From Ferruginibacter sp. (GTDB lineage Bacteria; Bacteroidota; Bacteroidia; Chitinophagales; Chitinophagaceae), in the NCBI GenBank assembly GCA_031398005.1, contig JANNMO010000013.1, positions 29,953-93,952 of the forward strand: a stretch of DNA of 64,000 nucleotides, in the 5' to 3' direction. Shown one piece after another: positions 44,709-54,045 of the stretch. The notes beneath the pieces were generated by a model. That model saw only the letters and a program-made list of their open reading frames with translations, searched no databases and had not been told where the DNA came from. Numbering within the stretch: position 1 is the first letter of the stretch; each line of letters begins with the position of its first letter. The translations under genes and the position numbers were made by a program.

Positions 44709-45293
44709 ATGGAAATAATAATAAGAAAAGCAGTAAAAGAAGATTGTGCAGCCATTATGAAACTGGTAAACGAACTGGCAGTGTATGAAAAAGCACCTGA
44801 TGAAGTAACCGTTACTATGGAGCATTTTATTGAAAGTGGTTTTGGAGAAAACCCGGTGTGGGAGGCATTTGTGGCAGAACAGCCTCCCCTAACCCCTCCC
44901 GAGGAGGGGGATTACCTTAGCAATGCTCTAAGCGGTAATATAAATGGAGAAAAAGAACGGGATCAATCTCCGCTGCAATCTTCTCCGTCTCCCTCCCCCC
45001 GGGGGAGGATAGGAGGGGCTGCTATCCTCGGCTTTGCACTCTACTACACACGCTACAGCACATGGAAAGGACAAAGAATGTATTTGGAAGATTTGTTGGT
45101 TACAGAAAACATGCGTGGAAAAAATATTGGTAAATTATTATTTGATGCATTAATAGATGAATGCAAACAAAAAAAATTCAGTGGACTGGTGTGGCAGGTG
45201 TTAGACTGGAATGAACCCGCTATTAATTTTTACAAAAAAATGGAAGGCGTAAAATTTGATGGGGAATGGATTAATTGTAGTATGGAATTTTAA
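44709..45293 (+). CDS. GNAT family N-acetyltransferase carrying a 45-codon in-frame repeat insertion
   Basis: GNAT blocks either side of the insert (IRKAVKEDCAAIMKLV..., LGFALYYTRYSTWKGQRMYLEDLLV, RGKNIGKLLF, WNEPAINFYKKMEG). Confidence 0.8.
   Translation: MEIIIRKAVKEDCAAIMKLVNELAVYEKAPDEVTVTMEHFIESGFGENPVWEAFVAEQPPLTPPEEGDYLSNALSGNINGEKERDQSPLQSSPSPSPRGRIGGAAILGFALYYTRYSTWKGQRMYLEDLLVTENMRGKNIGKLLFDALIDECKQKKFSGLVWQVLDWNEPAINFYKKMEGVKFDGEWINCSMEF
44883..45017. repeat. Composite G+C-rich palindromic element, 135 nt, in frame inside the GNAT gene
   Basis: Left module CCTCCCCTAACCCCTCCCGAGGAGGGGGA (44883..44911); right module CTCCCTCCCCCCGGGGGAGGATAGGAGGGG (44989..45018). Encodes PPLTPPEEGDYLSNALSGNINGEKERDQSPLQSSPSPSPRGRIGG. 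Confidence 0.7.
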
Positions 45294-45367
45294 ATATTTG
45301 TTTGTAATAATATATGTAGAAACAGCGTTTAAGTTTGCTACAGCATCATATTAAAAAACTAACAATT

Positions 45368-47173
45368 ATGAATCATTCTTTTTATCCAAAAACAACCAGC
45401 CAATTAATACTCACTTTCTTTTTTGCATGTCTGCTTTTTGCATCCTGCCAAAAAACGGTAGATGAATCAGTTCCTCCAATTCCTCCAGTGGCACCAGCAC
45501 CTGATCTTACTACAAAAGTAAGTTCATCTGTGAGTGGTTTTGTAACAGACGAAAATGAACTGCCTGTAAAAAATGCAAACGTAGCAGTAGGAACATCTAC
45601 AAGCATAACAGATAAATATGGTTTTTTTGAAGTAAAAAATGTACAGGTTGTTCAGAATGCCGCTATGGTTACCATAACAAAAACGGGTTATTTTAAAGGT
45701 ATAAAAACATATATAGCTGCAGCTGGTAAAACTGCTTTTTTTAGAATTAAACTTATTCCTAAAACAATATCGGGAACGGTGAGTGGCACAACAGGTGGCA
45801 CGGTTACACTTGCAAGCAACCTTAGTATTTTGTTTCCTACAAATGGATTTGTAAATGCAAGTACAAATGCTGCATACACCGGAACCGTAAATGTAACAGC
45901 TTTTAAAATAGATGCCACCAGTGCAGATTTAGCTCGCATTATGCCCGGTGATTTAAGAGGTTTAAATACCGATGGAAATTTACAAATTCTTACCACCTAT
46001 GGAATGGCTGCTGTAGAACTTACAGGCGCAGGTGGCGAATTGTTGCAAATAGCAACCGGCAAAAAAGCAACCATGACAATGCCAATACCAACCACTTTAA
46101 TTTCTACAGCGCCTGCAACTATTCCACTTTGGTATTTTGATGAAACAAAAGGATTGTGGATGCAAGAAGGTGTAGCCACAAAAACCGGCGGCAATTATGT
46201 GGGAGATGTAAGCCACTTTAGCTTTTGGAATTATGATGTGCCTGCTAATTTTGTTCAGTTTAATTGTACGGTTGTAAATTCTGCAGGGTTACCAATACCC
46301 AATGTTCAGGTAAAAATTTCTCAGGTGAGTAATCCTAATTCTGCAGGATATGGATATACAGATTCTGCCGGTTATGTAGGTGGTGCGGTGCCAAATAATT
46401 CAACATTATTATTGCAGGTGTTTGGTGCTAATAATTGTAACGTGCCTTCCTACACACAAACATTTAATACCACCAATGTAAATGTATCATTGGGTGCTGT
46501 AACTATATCAACGGCTACTTCGTTGTCTGTTTTATCTGGTACGGTTACCAATTGTAGCAATGCGCCGGTTACCAATGGTTATATCATTATCCAAAATGGA
46601 TATATTTTTAGCAGACACGCCTTGAGTGCTACAGGCACCTATTCTGTAAATAGATTATTGTGTGGAACTGCTCCCAATAATGTTACATTAATTGGAGAAG
46701 ATATTACTGCAGCGCAACAAAGCAACCCTGCAGTATATCCAACTGTTGCGGGTAATAACACTATACCTACTATACAGGCTTGCGGTGTTTCTATACAGCA
46801 GTTTTTTAATTATAATATTAATGGAACTCCTTACAATTTTTCCGTACCGGGAGATAGTTTAATACTTTCCGGTGCAGGAACCAATACAGATTATTTTGTG
46901 TTTGTAAATAACAACAGCACCACCAATAATGGTACCATGCGATTTGTACGAACTGGTATAGCACAAGGATCTGTTCAAAATTTAATTTCGTTTACACCAA
47001 CCCAAATACCTGCTACCTCTACAATCAACACTCCAATTGGAATAAATATTACCGAATTTGGTGCAGTAGGTCAATATGTAGCTGGAAACCTTTCAGGAGT
47101 GATAACGGGCCCACCACCTACAAACACTGTATATAATGTAACCTGTAATTTTAGAATTCAGAGAACGTTTTAA
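45368..47173 (+). CDS. Secreted protein with carboxypeptidase-regulatory-like (CarboxypepD_reg) domain
   Basis: Signal/lipobox LLFASC. SVSGFVTDENELPVKNANVAVGTSTSITDKYGFFEV is typical of the domain. The rest is T/S/N-rich beta-type sequence. Confidence 0.5.
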   Translation: MNHSFYPKTTSQLILTFFFACLLFASCQKTVDESVPPIPPVAPAPDLTTKVSSSVSGFVTDENELPVKNANVAVGTSTSITDKYGFFEVKNVQVVQNAAMVTITKTGYFKGIKTYIAAAGKTAFFRIKLIPKTISGTVSGTTGGTVTLASNLSILFPTNGFVNASTNAAYTGTVNVTAFKIDATSADLARIMPGDLRGLNTDGNLQILTTYGMAAVELTGAGGELLQIATGKKATMTMPIPTTLISTAPATIPLWYFDETKGLWMQEGVATKTGGNYVGDVSHFSFWNYDVPANFVQFNCTVVNSAGLPIPNVQVKISQVSNPNSAGYGYTDSAGYVGGAVPNNSTLLLQVFGANNCNVPSYTQTFNTTNVNVSLGAVTISTATSLSVLSGTVTNCSNAPVTNGYIIIQNGYIFSRHALSATGTYSVNRLLCGTAPNNVTLIGEDITAAQQSNPAVYPTVAGNNTIPTIQACGVSIQQFFNYNINGTPYNFSVPGDSLILSGAGTNTDYFVFVNNNSTTNNGTMRFVRTGIAQGSVQNLISFTPTQIPATSTINTPIGINITEFGAVGQYVAGNLSGVITGPPPTNTVYNVTCNFRIQRTF

Positions 47174-47195
47174 TAAAAACATTTTTAAACTTATA

Positions 47196-47228
47196 AAAAG
47201 CAGTCATTTTTTTTGACTGCTTTTTTAT
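47196..47228 (+). terminator. Rho-independent terminator
   Basis: AAAAGCAGTCA-ttttttt-TGACTGCTTTT, followed by a T run. Confidence 0.8.
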
Positions 47229-47288
47229 TATTTACCTACTATGAAAATCTATTGCATAATAAAAGTTGAAAAAATATATCCTGCTGAC

Positions 47289-47411
47289 GGGCTGGGGGAT
47301 GGGCAGTAGTAGCCCCCGCCTAATCAAAACATAAAAATTAAGACTTTGTGGCGGGGCTACTACAGACAGCCCCACCAAATGTTGAATAATACTTATCCAA
47401 TCACAGCCCCA
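47289..47411. ncRNA. Candidate structured RNA / REP-like palindromic element, copy 2 (unclassified)
   Basis: Same architecture as 11829..11952. GTAGTAG/CTACTAC plus a bulged C plus CCCCGCC/GGCGGGG. Closed by GGGCTG (47289..47294) and CAGCCC (47404..47409). Sits between two convergent terminators. Confidence 0.45.
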
Positions 47412-47431
47412 AAACTTTTTTCATGATTAAT

Positions 47432-47469
47432 ATACAAAACAAAAACGGCTATCATTTCTGAAAGCCGTT
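47432..47469 (-). terminator. Rho-independent terminator of the aminotransferase gene
   Basis: AACGGCT-12 nt-AGCCGTT (47444..47469), followed on the minus strand by TTTTTGTTTTG. Confidence 0.7.
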
Positions 47470-47489
47470 GTAAAAAAATTATCAATTAT

Positions 47490-48683
47490 TTATTTCCTTC
47501 CCGGATAAACTTTCAACGCTTCGCCTAAACATTCTACAGCTTGCGAAATAGCATCAGCATTCAACACATAGGCAAGTCTTACTTCATCTTTACCCAAGCC
47601 TGGTGTGGCATAAAAACCTGTGGCAGGCGCCATCATTACAGTGTTGCCTTTGTAAGAAAAATCTTCGAGCAACCACTGGCAAAATTTATCGCAATCATCT
47701 ATCGGTAATTTTGCCATTACATAAAATGCACCGCCGGGGTTAGGACAAAAAACTCCGTCAATTTTATTAAGTGCAGTTACCAAAGTATCTCTGCGAAGTT
47801 TGTATTCAGCTTTTGTGGTATCAAAATAATCATCTGGTAAATCTACCGCAGCTTCGCCTAAAACTTGTGCATAATATGGTGGACTAAGCCTAGCCTGTGC
47901 AAACTTCATAGCCACATTTAGCACTTCTTTATTTTTGGTAATGAATGCTCCAATTCTTCCGCCGCAAGCACTGTAGCGCTTGCTGATGGTATCCATCAAC
48001 ACCACACTTTGTTCGGCACCTTTTAAATGCATGGCGCTAGTGTGTGTGCCTTCGTAACAAAACTCACGGTAAGCTTCGTCAGCAAATAAAAACAGGTTGT
48101 GTTTTATTACAATCTCTTTCAGCGTTTCCATTTCGGCAGCGCTGTATAAATATCCTGTAGGGTTATTGGGATTGCAAACTACAATTGCTTTTGTTTTTGG
48201 AGTGATGGCTTTTTCAAAATCTTCAATGGGTGGTAATGCAAAACCTGTTTCGATATTGCTTTTTATAGGCACCACTTTCACATCTGCCTGCACGGCAAAA
48301 CCATTGTAATTTGCATAAAATGGTTCCGGAATAATTACTTCATCTCCTGCATCTAAACATGCCATAAAGCCAAACAAAATTGCCTCGCTACCGCCTGTTG
48401 TTACAATAATTTCATCGGCTGTTACATCAATATTATTTTTGCTATAATACTCCACCAACTTTTTACGATAGCTCTCATTGCCTGCGCTGTGGCTGTATGC
48501 AAGGATATGTACATCGCAATTTTTTACTGCATCTATACAAACCTGTGGTGTTTCAATATCTGGCTGACCAATATTTAAATGGAAAACTTTTGTTCCTCTT
48601 TTTTTTGCAGCTTCTGCAAATGGTACTAATTTTCTAATGGGAGAAGCGGGCATTTCGTGCCCACGGTTACTTATTTTTAGCAT
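47490..48683 (-). CDS. Pyridoxal-phosphate-dependent aminotransferase (class I/II, AspC/AlaA-like)
   Basis: 397 aa. NPNNPTG block and the PLP-lysine block SKRYSACGGRIG. Confidence 0.85.
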   Translation of the reverse strand: MLKISNRGHEMPASPIRKLVPFAEAAKKRGTKVFHLNIGQPDIETPQVCIDAVKNCDVHILAYSHSAGNESYRKKLVEYYSKNNIDVTADEIIVTTGGSEAILFGFMACLDAGDEVIIPEPFYANYNGFAVQADVKVVPIKSNIETGFALPPIEDFEKAITPKTKAIVVCNPNNPTGYLYSAAEMETLKEIVIKHNLFLFADEAYREFCYEGTHTSAMHLKGAEQSVVLMDTISKRYSACGGRIGAFITKNKEVLNVAMKFAQARLSPPYYAQVLGEAAVDLPDDYFDTTKAEYKLRRDTLVTALNKIDGVFCPNPGGAFYVMAKLPIDDCDKFCQWLLEDFSYKGNTVMMAPATGFYATPGLGKDEVRLAYVLNADAISQAVECLGEALKVYPGRK

Positions 48684-48771
48684 GGCGCAAAGATATGAAA
48701 ATGGGTTGCAAAAATATGTTGGCTTTCAACAACTGTTTCTGCCGAAATAAGATAAAATTAATATGTATTTT

Positions 48772-50175
48772 CTATCTATTTAAAATACCGGCAGCCCAGT
48801 TTAAATTATATGTAGCCTTCATTAATTTTACCTGCAACTCAATTATTTTTTGTTTTATTTCCAGCACTTTATTTTCTCTGCTGTTTACCAAAAACAAACT
48901 GCTTTCACCATTATTAAAACGAAGCAATTCATTTTTTAATAAAGCATTGTAATTTATTAATGCACTGTTGGCCGTTGTAATTTGTGTTTGTAAAATGATA
49001 ACTCGGTTATAATAATCTTTTATTTTATTTTCGGTCTCAATAGTTTTTTGTTGAAAGAGTAAATTATTTTCCTGCAATTTTAATTTCGCCATTTTATACT
49101 CTCCACGCCCTTGCCTAAAAAATAAGGGGATTTTTATACCAATGCCCCATCGATTGTTATTTTCCAACAAAGGAAGCCCCGCATTTTTTAAAGGATTAAA
49201 ATCTCGGTTAAGTATGTTTGCTTTTGCATTTATCTCTGGCAATAAATTTTGAAACTTTAATCTTCTCTCCACTTCCAAGCCTTCAATTTTATATTTGTAT
49301 TGCAACAAAAATGGATTGCTGCTGTTACTTTCATTTAATAAATTGGGGAGTGCTTGTTGTACAACTTTATCATTTAGCACAAGTGTATCTGGTATCACAT
49401 TCTCTGCTATTTGTTGTGCTGTTTGTTTTTCATCCCATAAAAAATTATTCATTTGAAAAGTGGCTGTATTCAACGCCATGTATGCCTCATTTTGCAATAA
49501 CATAAAATTTTGCATTTGTATAAATGCCTCAGTAGTATCCATAGCAGCTCTATCGCCATTGGTAAAGCCAATCTTTACAAGCTTAAGCCTGGCGGTACTT
49601 ACAGCAACATACTCCGAAAAAATATTGTACAACTTATAAGCACCTGCCCAATCATTGTAACTGATATATGCATCCAACAGCAAATCGTTCATCATCATAT
49701 CTCGCTGCTGCCTGTTTTCATTTAAGGCAATTCTAGCCTGTTGTAATGCAGCTCTTCTTTTATCTATTAATAAATTTTTGGCAAGCGGAATTTCTACACC
49801 TGCATAGCTACTTCTTCCTCTGGTAACTTCGCTGTTTAAAAATTGACCTGCATTGTTTTCAATCCCGGTTTTAAAATCGCCTACTGGCAATGGTATTTTT
49901 ATTTCTCCATTATTGTACCTGTAATAATTTTTGCCATCAAATGTTTTTGCAGTTGTTTCTACATCTATTATTGGGTCAAAGCTGCCTTTTGCAATTTGAA
50001 TACCGGCCTCCGCTTTTTCTTCTGTAATGGCCGCAACTTTTGCCAACGGATGGTGTTGTTTTATTTTTGCAATAAAATCTTCTAATGGCAATACCGTAAA
50101 ATTATTTTGCTGCGCAAAAATATTTGTAACACAAAAACAGCATAACGCACAGAATAAAAAAGTTCCTTTTCTCAT
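48772..50175 (-). CDS. TolC family outer-membrane efflux protein
   Basis: 467 aa, signal peptide, two-repeat coiled/beta pattern typical of OEP/TolC. Last gene of an ABC-HlyD-TolC operon. Confidence 0.8.
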   Translation of the reverse strand: MRKGTFLFCALCCFCVTNIFAQQNNFTVLPLEDFIAKIKQHHPLAKVAAITEEKAEAGIQIAKGSFDPIIDVETTAKTFDGKNYYRYNNGEIKIPLPVGDFKTGIENNAGQFLNSEVTRGRSSYAGVEIPLAKNLLIDKRRAALQQARIALNENRQQRDMMMNDLLLDAYISYNDWAGAYKLYNIFSEYVAVSTARLKLVKIGFTNGDRAAMDTTEAFIQMQNFMLLQNEAYMALNTATFQMNNFLWDEKQTAQQIAENVIPDTLVLNDKVVQQALPNLLNESNSSNPFLLQYKYKIEGLEVERRLKFQNLLPEINAKANILNRDFNPLKNAGLPLLENNNRWGIGIKIPLFFRQGRGEYKMAKLKLQENNLLFQQKTIETENKIKDYYNRVIILQTQITTANSALINYNALLKNELLRFNNGESSLFLVNSRENKVLEIKQKIIELQVKLMKATYNLNWAAGILNR

Positions 50176-51533
50176 TATTTCTTTTCTTCTTTTTTGTTTA
50201 ACTCAGGCTTATAAAAATCTGGTGGAAAGCCATTGATGTGCCTCCATAATTCGTAATAAATAGGTACATCTTTTAGCAATGCAATACCATGTGCACCGCT
50301 GCCCATGCGCAAATTCTTTGGCCATTTCTTTTCAGTAGTATCTTCCACTACGAGCACCCTAAATTTTCCATTTTCGCTTACGTTTGTTTCGGCTGCGCTG
50401 ATGATGCCACCGAATGTACCAAAACTGCTTTGCGGCCAACCACTAAATACAATGGCAGGAATACCATCAAAAACAAACCTTACTTTTTGTCCTTTATTTA
50501 CAAGTGGAAGATCCATGGGCTCCACATACATTTCCACTGCATAATCAATTTGGTCAGGTACTATTTCTGCAATCATTTCTCCCTCTTTCAACATTTCTCC
50601 AATACCCGCTTTTTTAGCTTTTGTTATTTGTCCGCTTTGCGATGCTGTTACATAATATAATTTGTTTCTTATATCGTAGCTGCTGTAAGTGTTTTCTAAT
50701 TTGCTAATATCCGCCTCTGTAGCTGCAGCACTGGAGAGGGAACCGAAACGATCACCATCTGCTTTCGAAATTTTATCATTGTAATCCATCACCGAAATAT
50801 TTTGCTCAATGCTTAGATTAATCAGTTCCTGTTTGCTTTGCGATAATTTATTTTCTGCAACAGTTTTCTTGGCGACAGCATTTTGATAATTCACTTTTCT
50901 CTTTTCAAAATCTACCATAGAAATTGCGCCACTATCCAACATAACTTTACCCGCATCTATTTGCCTTTTATAAACAGACAATTCATTGTTAATAGCTACC
51001 AAATCTGTCTCATCATTTCTTACTTTTAATTTTTGCTGTTCTATCTTGTTATCAATAGATGCCTGTTTTAAAGCCCTACCTGCAGATAATACATTTGTTT
51101 GGGCCTGCGCAGCTGCAGCCTTGCTTTCATACGCATCCGCACTATTTTTTTTAGCGTTTATTTGATTTTGTGTACGCTCTAATAATTGAGGGTCAAAATA
51201 ATCTACTTTTATTTCACCTATTTGTAAAATGGTGTCTCCTTTTTTTACATAGTCACCTTCTTTTACAAACCACTTTACAATTTTACCGGGTAAAATGGTA
51301 TTTATTTCCTGTGGTCGTTGTTCTTGTTTAATGGTAGTAATATTTCCATTTGCATTTATGTTTTGTGTCCACGGTAAAAAAAGTAATGCAATTATGGCAA
51401 CCGAAATAATAATGGTCCATAATTTTAGGTTTCTGGAATTACCAATGCGGTATATTTTCGAAAAAGAAGTTATCCCTTTCTCAGCCGGTATTTTTTCGAG
51501 CCCTTCATTTAAATATTTATACGACGTATTCAT
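50175..51533 (-). CDS. HlyD family secretion (membrane fusion) protein
   Basis: N-terminal TM segment, lipoyl-like GDYVKKGDTILQIGE, long coiled coil, C-terminal beta domain. 1-nt overlap with the TolC gene. Confidence 0.85.
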   Translation of the reverse strand: MNTSYKYLNEGLEKIPAEKGITSFSKIYRIGNSRNLKLWTIIISVAIIALLFLPWTQNINANGNITTIKQEQRPQEINTILPGKIVKWFVKEGDYVKKGDTILQIGEIKVDYFDPQLLERTQNQINAKKNSADAYESKAAAAQAQTNVLSAGRALKQASIDNKIEQQKLKVRNDETDLVAINNELSVYKRQIDAGKVMLDSGAISMVDFEKRKVNYQNAVAKKTVAENKLSQSKQELINLSIEQNISVMDYNDKISKADGDRFGSLSSAAATEADISKLENTYSSYDIRNKLYYVTASQSGQITKAKKAGIGEMLKEGEMIAEIVPDQIDYAVEMYVEPMDLPLVNKGQKVRFVFDGIPAIVFSGWPQSSFGTFGGIISAAETNVSENGKFRVLVVEDTTEKKWPKNLRMGSGAHGIALLKDVPIYYELWRHINGFPPDFYKPELNKKEEKK

Positions 51534-51552
51534 CTTGCGTAATTTTTTTTGT

Positions 51553-53205
51553 TTAGTTGGAAATCATTCCGTCTTTTAATTCGTACACTTGGTCGCAGTA
51601 TAAGCGCACAATTTCTTCGCTACTCATAATGATAACAGTGGCATTGCTTTCAGTTTTTAAATATTTCATTACATTATGTTTTTCAGTAAAATTAAGATCA
51701 TTTAAGGGGTCTTCTAACAGCAATAAAACCGGTTTGCCTGCCAATGCTCTTATCAATTTTATTTTCTGTTTAATATGTTTGCTTACTCTTTTACCAGTAG
51801 GATCCAAGAGTGTGTCGTAGCCTCTTTCTTCACTTGCAATAAAATCGGCGAGACCTGTTTCTCTTGCCAAAAAAGTTACTTCTGCCATGGTAATATTGTC
51901 ATTACCCATAGTGAGATTTTCCAAAATGCTTCCTCTAAAAATATCCTGATCTGCCAATAGTGTTCCGGTATTCATTCGAAGATCTTTTAATGAATAGTTT
52001 TTTATAGGAACATTGTTTAGTAAAATACTACCGGTAAAACCTGTATAGGCCCCAGTGAGTAATCTTAAAATAGTGGAACGCCCCGAACCTGAATTCCCTG
52101 AAAAATTGACTATTTTATTTTGAGGGACTGTGAAATTAATTTCTTTTAATGCCTTGCTACCATTTGGATATCTAAACCCAACGCCATTAAAAATGATATC
52201 GCAACCGTCATTATCTGCAAATGTTAAATTGCCCGTTTCTTCAATTTTACTATCTGTTATTTTACCCAGTTTTTCTATCGAACTAAGGCTGTCGTAAACG
52301 TTATCCATGGTAGAAATTAATTTTTCTACTGAATTTATAATTAGAATGATGATAATGTCAGCTGCTATGAATTGGCCTACATTTATTTGCTGCTCAAGTA
52401 AAAGCCATGTGCCGGCAATAAGCATAGCAGCTACAATTAATATTTTAAAAACAATTAAACTCCAGTATTGCAAAGTGAGTATTTTAAAATGTGCTGTTCT
52501 GCTTTGCAAATATTTTCCAATAAGTTCATCAGTTTTTCGCATATGTAACGAGGCACCTTTACTGTACTTAAATGTTTTTATACCTCTAGCCATTTCCTCT
52601 AACCAGCCTGCTGTTTCATATTTATAATTGCTAGCCGTTAAGTTTGTTTCAAATCCTTTAGGAGAAGTGATTCTAATAATTATAGTGAGTGCTACAAAAA
52701 CGAAAGCACCAAAAACAATAAATACAGGATGATAAAATGATAAAATTATTAAGCCGAATACAATTTGAATAACCGATGCAGGAATATCCAACATAATCTT
52801 TTCAATACTCTTGGCTAAAGCGGGAATATCAAAAAATCGATTCACTACTTCTGGCAAGTAATAATCATCCATTTGTTGTGGACTTATTTGCGGTATTCTA
52901 TAACTAAACTCTAGTGAGTAGCGGGTAAATATTTTTTGCCTTATACGCTCAATAACCTGTATTTGCCGCACTTGCATTAGCCCGTTTAAAAATACCCCTA
53001 CAATAACTATAGCTATCAATATTACAATAGAAGTGGAAAGCCTGGCAGCCATCACAAAACTGATAATAGTTTGTATACCTAGTGGTAGTGATAGTGAAAT
53101 TAAACCGCCTGCAATGGCAAAAAAGTATACAGAACCTGCATCTCTCTTATCTGTCATAATAAGCCGATGCAATTTTATTAAAGCAGCAGATAAACTTGTT
53201 GGCAT
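51553..53205 (-). CDS. ABC transporter permease/ATP-binding fusion (peptide/bacteriocin-exporter type, no C39 peptidase domain)
   Basis: Start placed at ATG 53205 (MPTSLSAALIKL); six TM helices; Walker A GNSGSGRST; Walker B LLLLEDP. The track ORF's extra 75 codons overlap the TetR promoter side. Confidence 0.8.
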   Translation of the reverse strand: MPTSLSAALIKLHRLIMTDKRDAGSVYFFAIAGGLISLSLPLGIQTIISFVMAARLSTSIVILIAIVIVGVFLNGLMQVRQIQVIERIRQKIFTRYSLEFSYRIPQISPQQMDDYYLPEVVNRFFDIPALAKSIEKIMLDIPASVIQIVFGLIILSFYHPVFIVFGAFVFVALTIIIRITSPKGFETNLTASNYKYETAGWLEEMARGIKTFKYSKGASLHMRKTDELIGKYLQSRTAHFKILTLQYWSLIVFKILIVAAMLIAGTWLLLEQQINVGQFIAADIIIILIINSVEKLISTMDNVYDSLSSIEKLGKITDSKIEETGNLTFADNDGCDIIFNGVGFRYPNGSKALKEINFTVPQNKIVNFSGNSGSGRSTILRLLTGAYTGFTGSILLNNVPIKNYSLKDLRMNTGTLLADQDIFRGSILENLTMGNDNITMAEVTFLARETGLADFIASEERGYDTLLDPTGKRVSKHIKQKIKLIRALAGKPVLLLLEDPLNDLNFTEKHNVMKYLKTESNATVIIMSSEEIVRLYCDQVYELKDGMISN

Positions 53206-53252
53206 GTGAAATATTTTATGATAAAGCAAAAATAATGAAACTATTTTAAATA

Positions 53253-53265
53253 ATAGTATTACTAT
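53253..53265. promoter_or_regulatory. Perfect 6-1-6 palindrome in the TetR/ABC divergent spacer (candidate TetR operator)
   Basis: ATAGTA-T-TACTAT, midway between ATG 53205 (minus) and ATG 53348 (plus). Confidence 0.35.
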
Positions 53266-53347
53266 CATTAATAATAATAAAATAACTTTTAATAGAGATG
53301 TTGCTATTATGAGTAACTGTTTGTGTACATTTGATAAAACAATTGGT

Positions 53348-54025
53348 ATGCAAGTAGACTTTAAGGTAAAAATGAATGAGAAGTTGTTCCTCAGAGACCC
53401 TGAGGGCACAGATATTGGTAAACACATCATTAAAACAAGTGTAACTATGATCTCAGAAATGGGGTATGAACTGTTTACATTTAAAAAGCTTGCAACAGAA
53501 ATTGGCAGTACAGAAGCTACTGTTTACCGTTATTTTGAAAACAAACACAAACTACTTATTTATCTGGTAGATTGGTATTGGGCATTTGTGGAGTTTCAGG
53601 TTATTTTTCAATTAAACAATGTAATAGACCCCGCAGAAAAAATAAGGAAACTAATTGATATACTTGTGTGGGAAGATAATGCAAGCACCGTTTTTAGCGA
53701 ACTTGATCAGCAATCGCTTTATTATATTGCCATTGCAGAAGGGAGTAAAACCTATTTAAGTAAAGAGGTAGATAATCATAACAAAGATTTTCTTTTTAAA
53801 CCTTATAAAGATTTGTGCGGCAGAATTGCTTTGTTGTTTAAAGAATACAATCCAACTTATAAATTCCCGGCATCGCTTGCAAGCACTTTGGTAGAATCTG
53901 CCCACATGCAATATTATTTTATGCATCACCTGCCACGCTTAGGAGATTACAGTAAGAAAAAAAGCCCCAAAGAAATTGAAGCATTTTTGGAGCATTTGGT
54001 TTTTGGCGTGCTGGATGCTAAATAA
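53348..54025 (+). CDS. TetR/AcrR family transcriptional regulator
   Basis: HTH FTFKKLATEIGSTEATVYRYFENKHKLL. Start at ATG 53348 or 53372. Confidence 0.85.
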   Translation: MQVDFKVKMNEKLFLRDPEGTDIGKHIIKTSVTMISEMGYELFTFKKLATEIGSTEATVYRYFENKHKLLIYLVDWYWAFVEFQVIFQLNNVIDPAEKIRKLIDILVWEDNASTVFSELDQQSLYYIAIAEGSKTYLSKEVDNHNKDFLFKPYKDLCGRIALLFKEYNPTYKFPASLASTLVESAHMQYYFMHHLPRLGDYSKKKSPKEIEAFLEHLVFGVLDAK

Positions 54026-54045
54026 TTTGTACCATGCTTAATACA

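Noticed and set aside
47258-47420. About 50-codon minus-strand frame through structured element copy 2
   Set aside because: It has only TTG/GTG starts. The frame is not preserved in copy 1, and its openness follows from the hairpin symmetry.
53206-53430. N-terminal 75-codon extension of the ABC transporter ORF
   Set aside because: The extension overlaps the divergent TetR gene start and promoter region and adds non-homologous hydrophobic sequence. ATG 53205 gives a normal exporter N-terminus.
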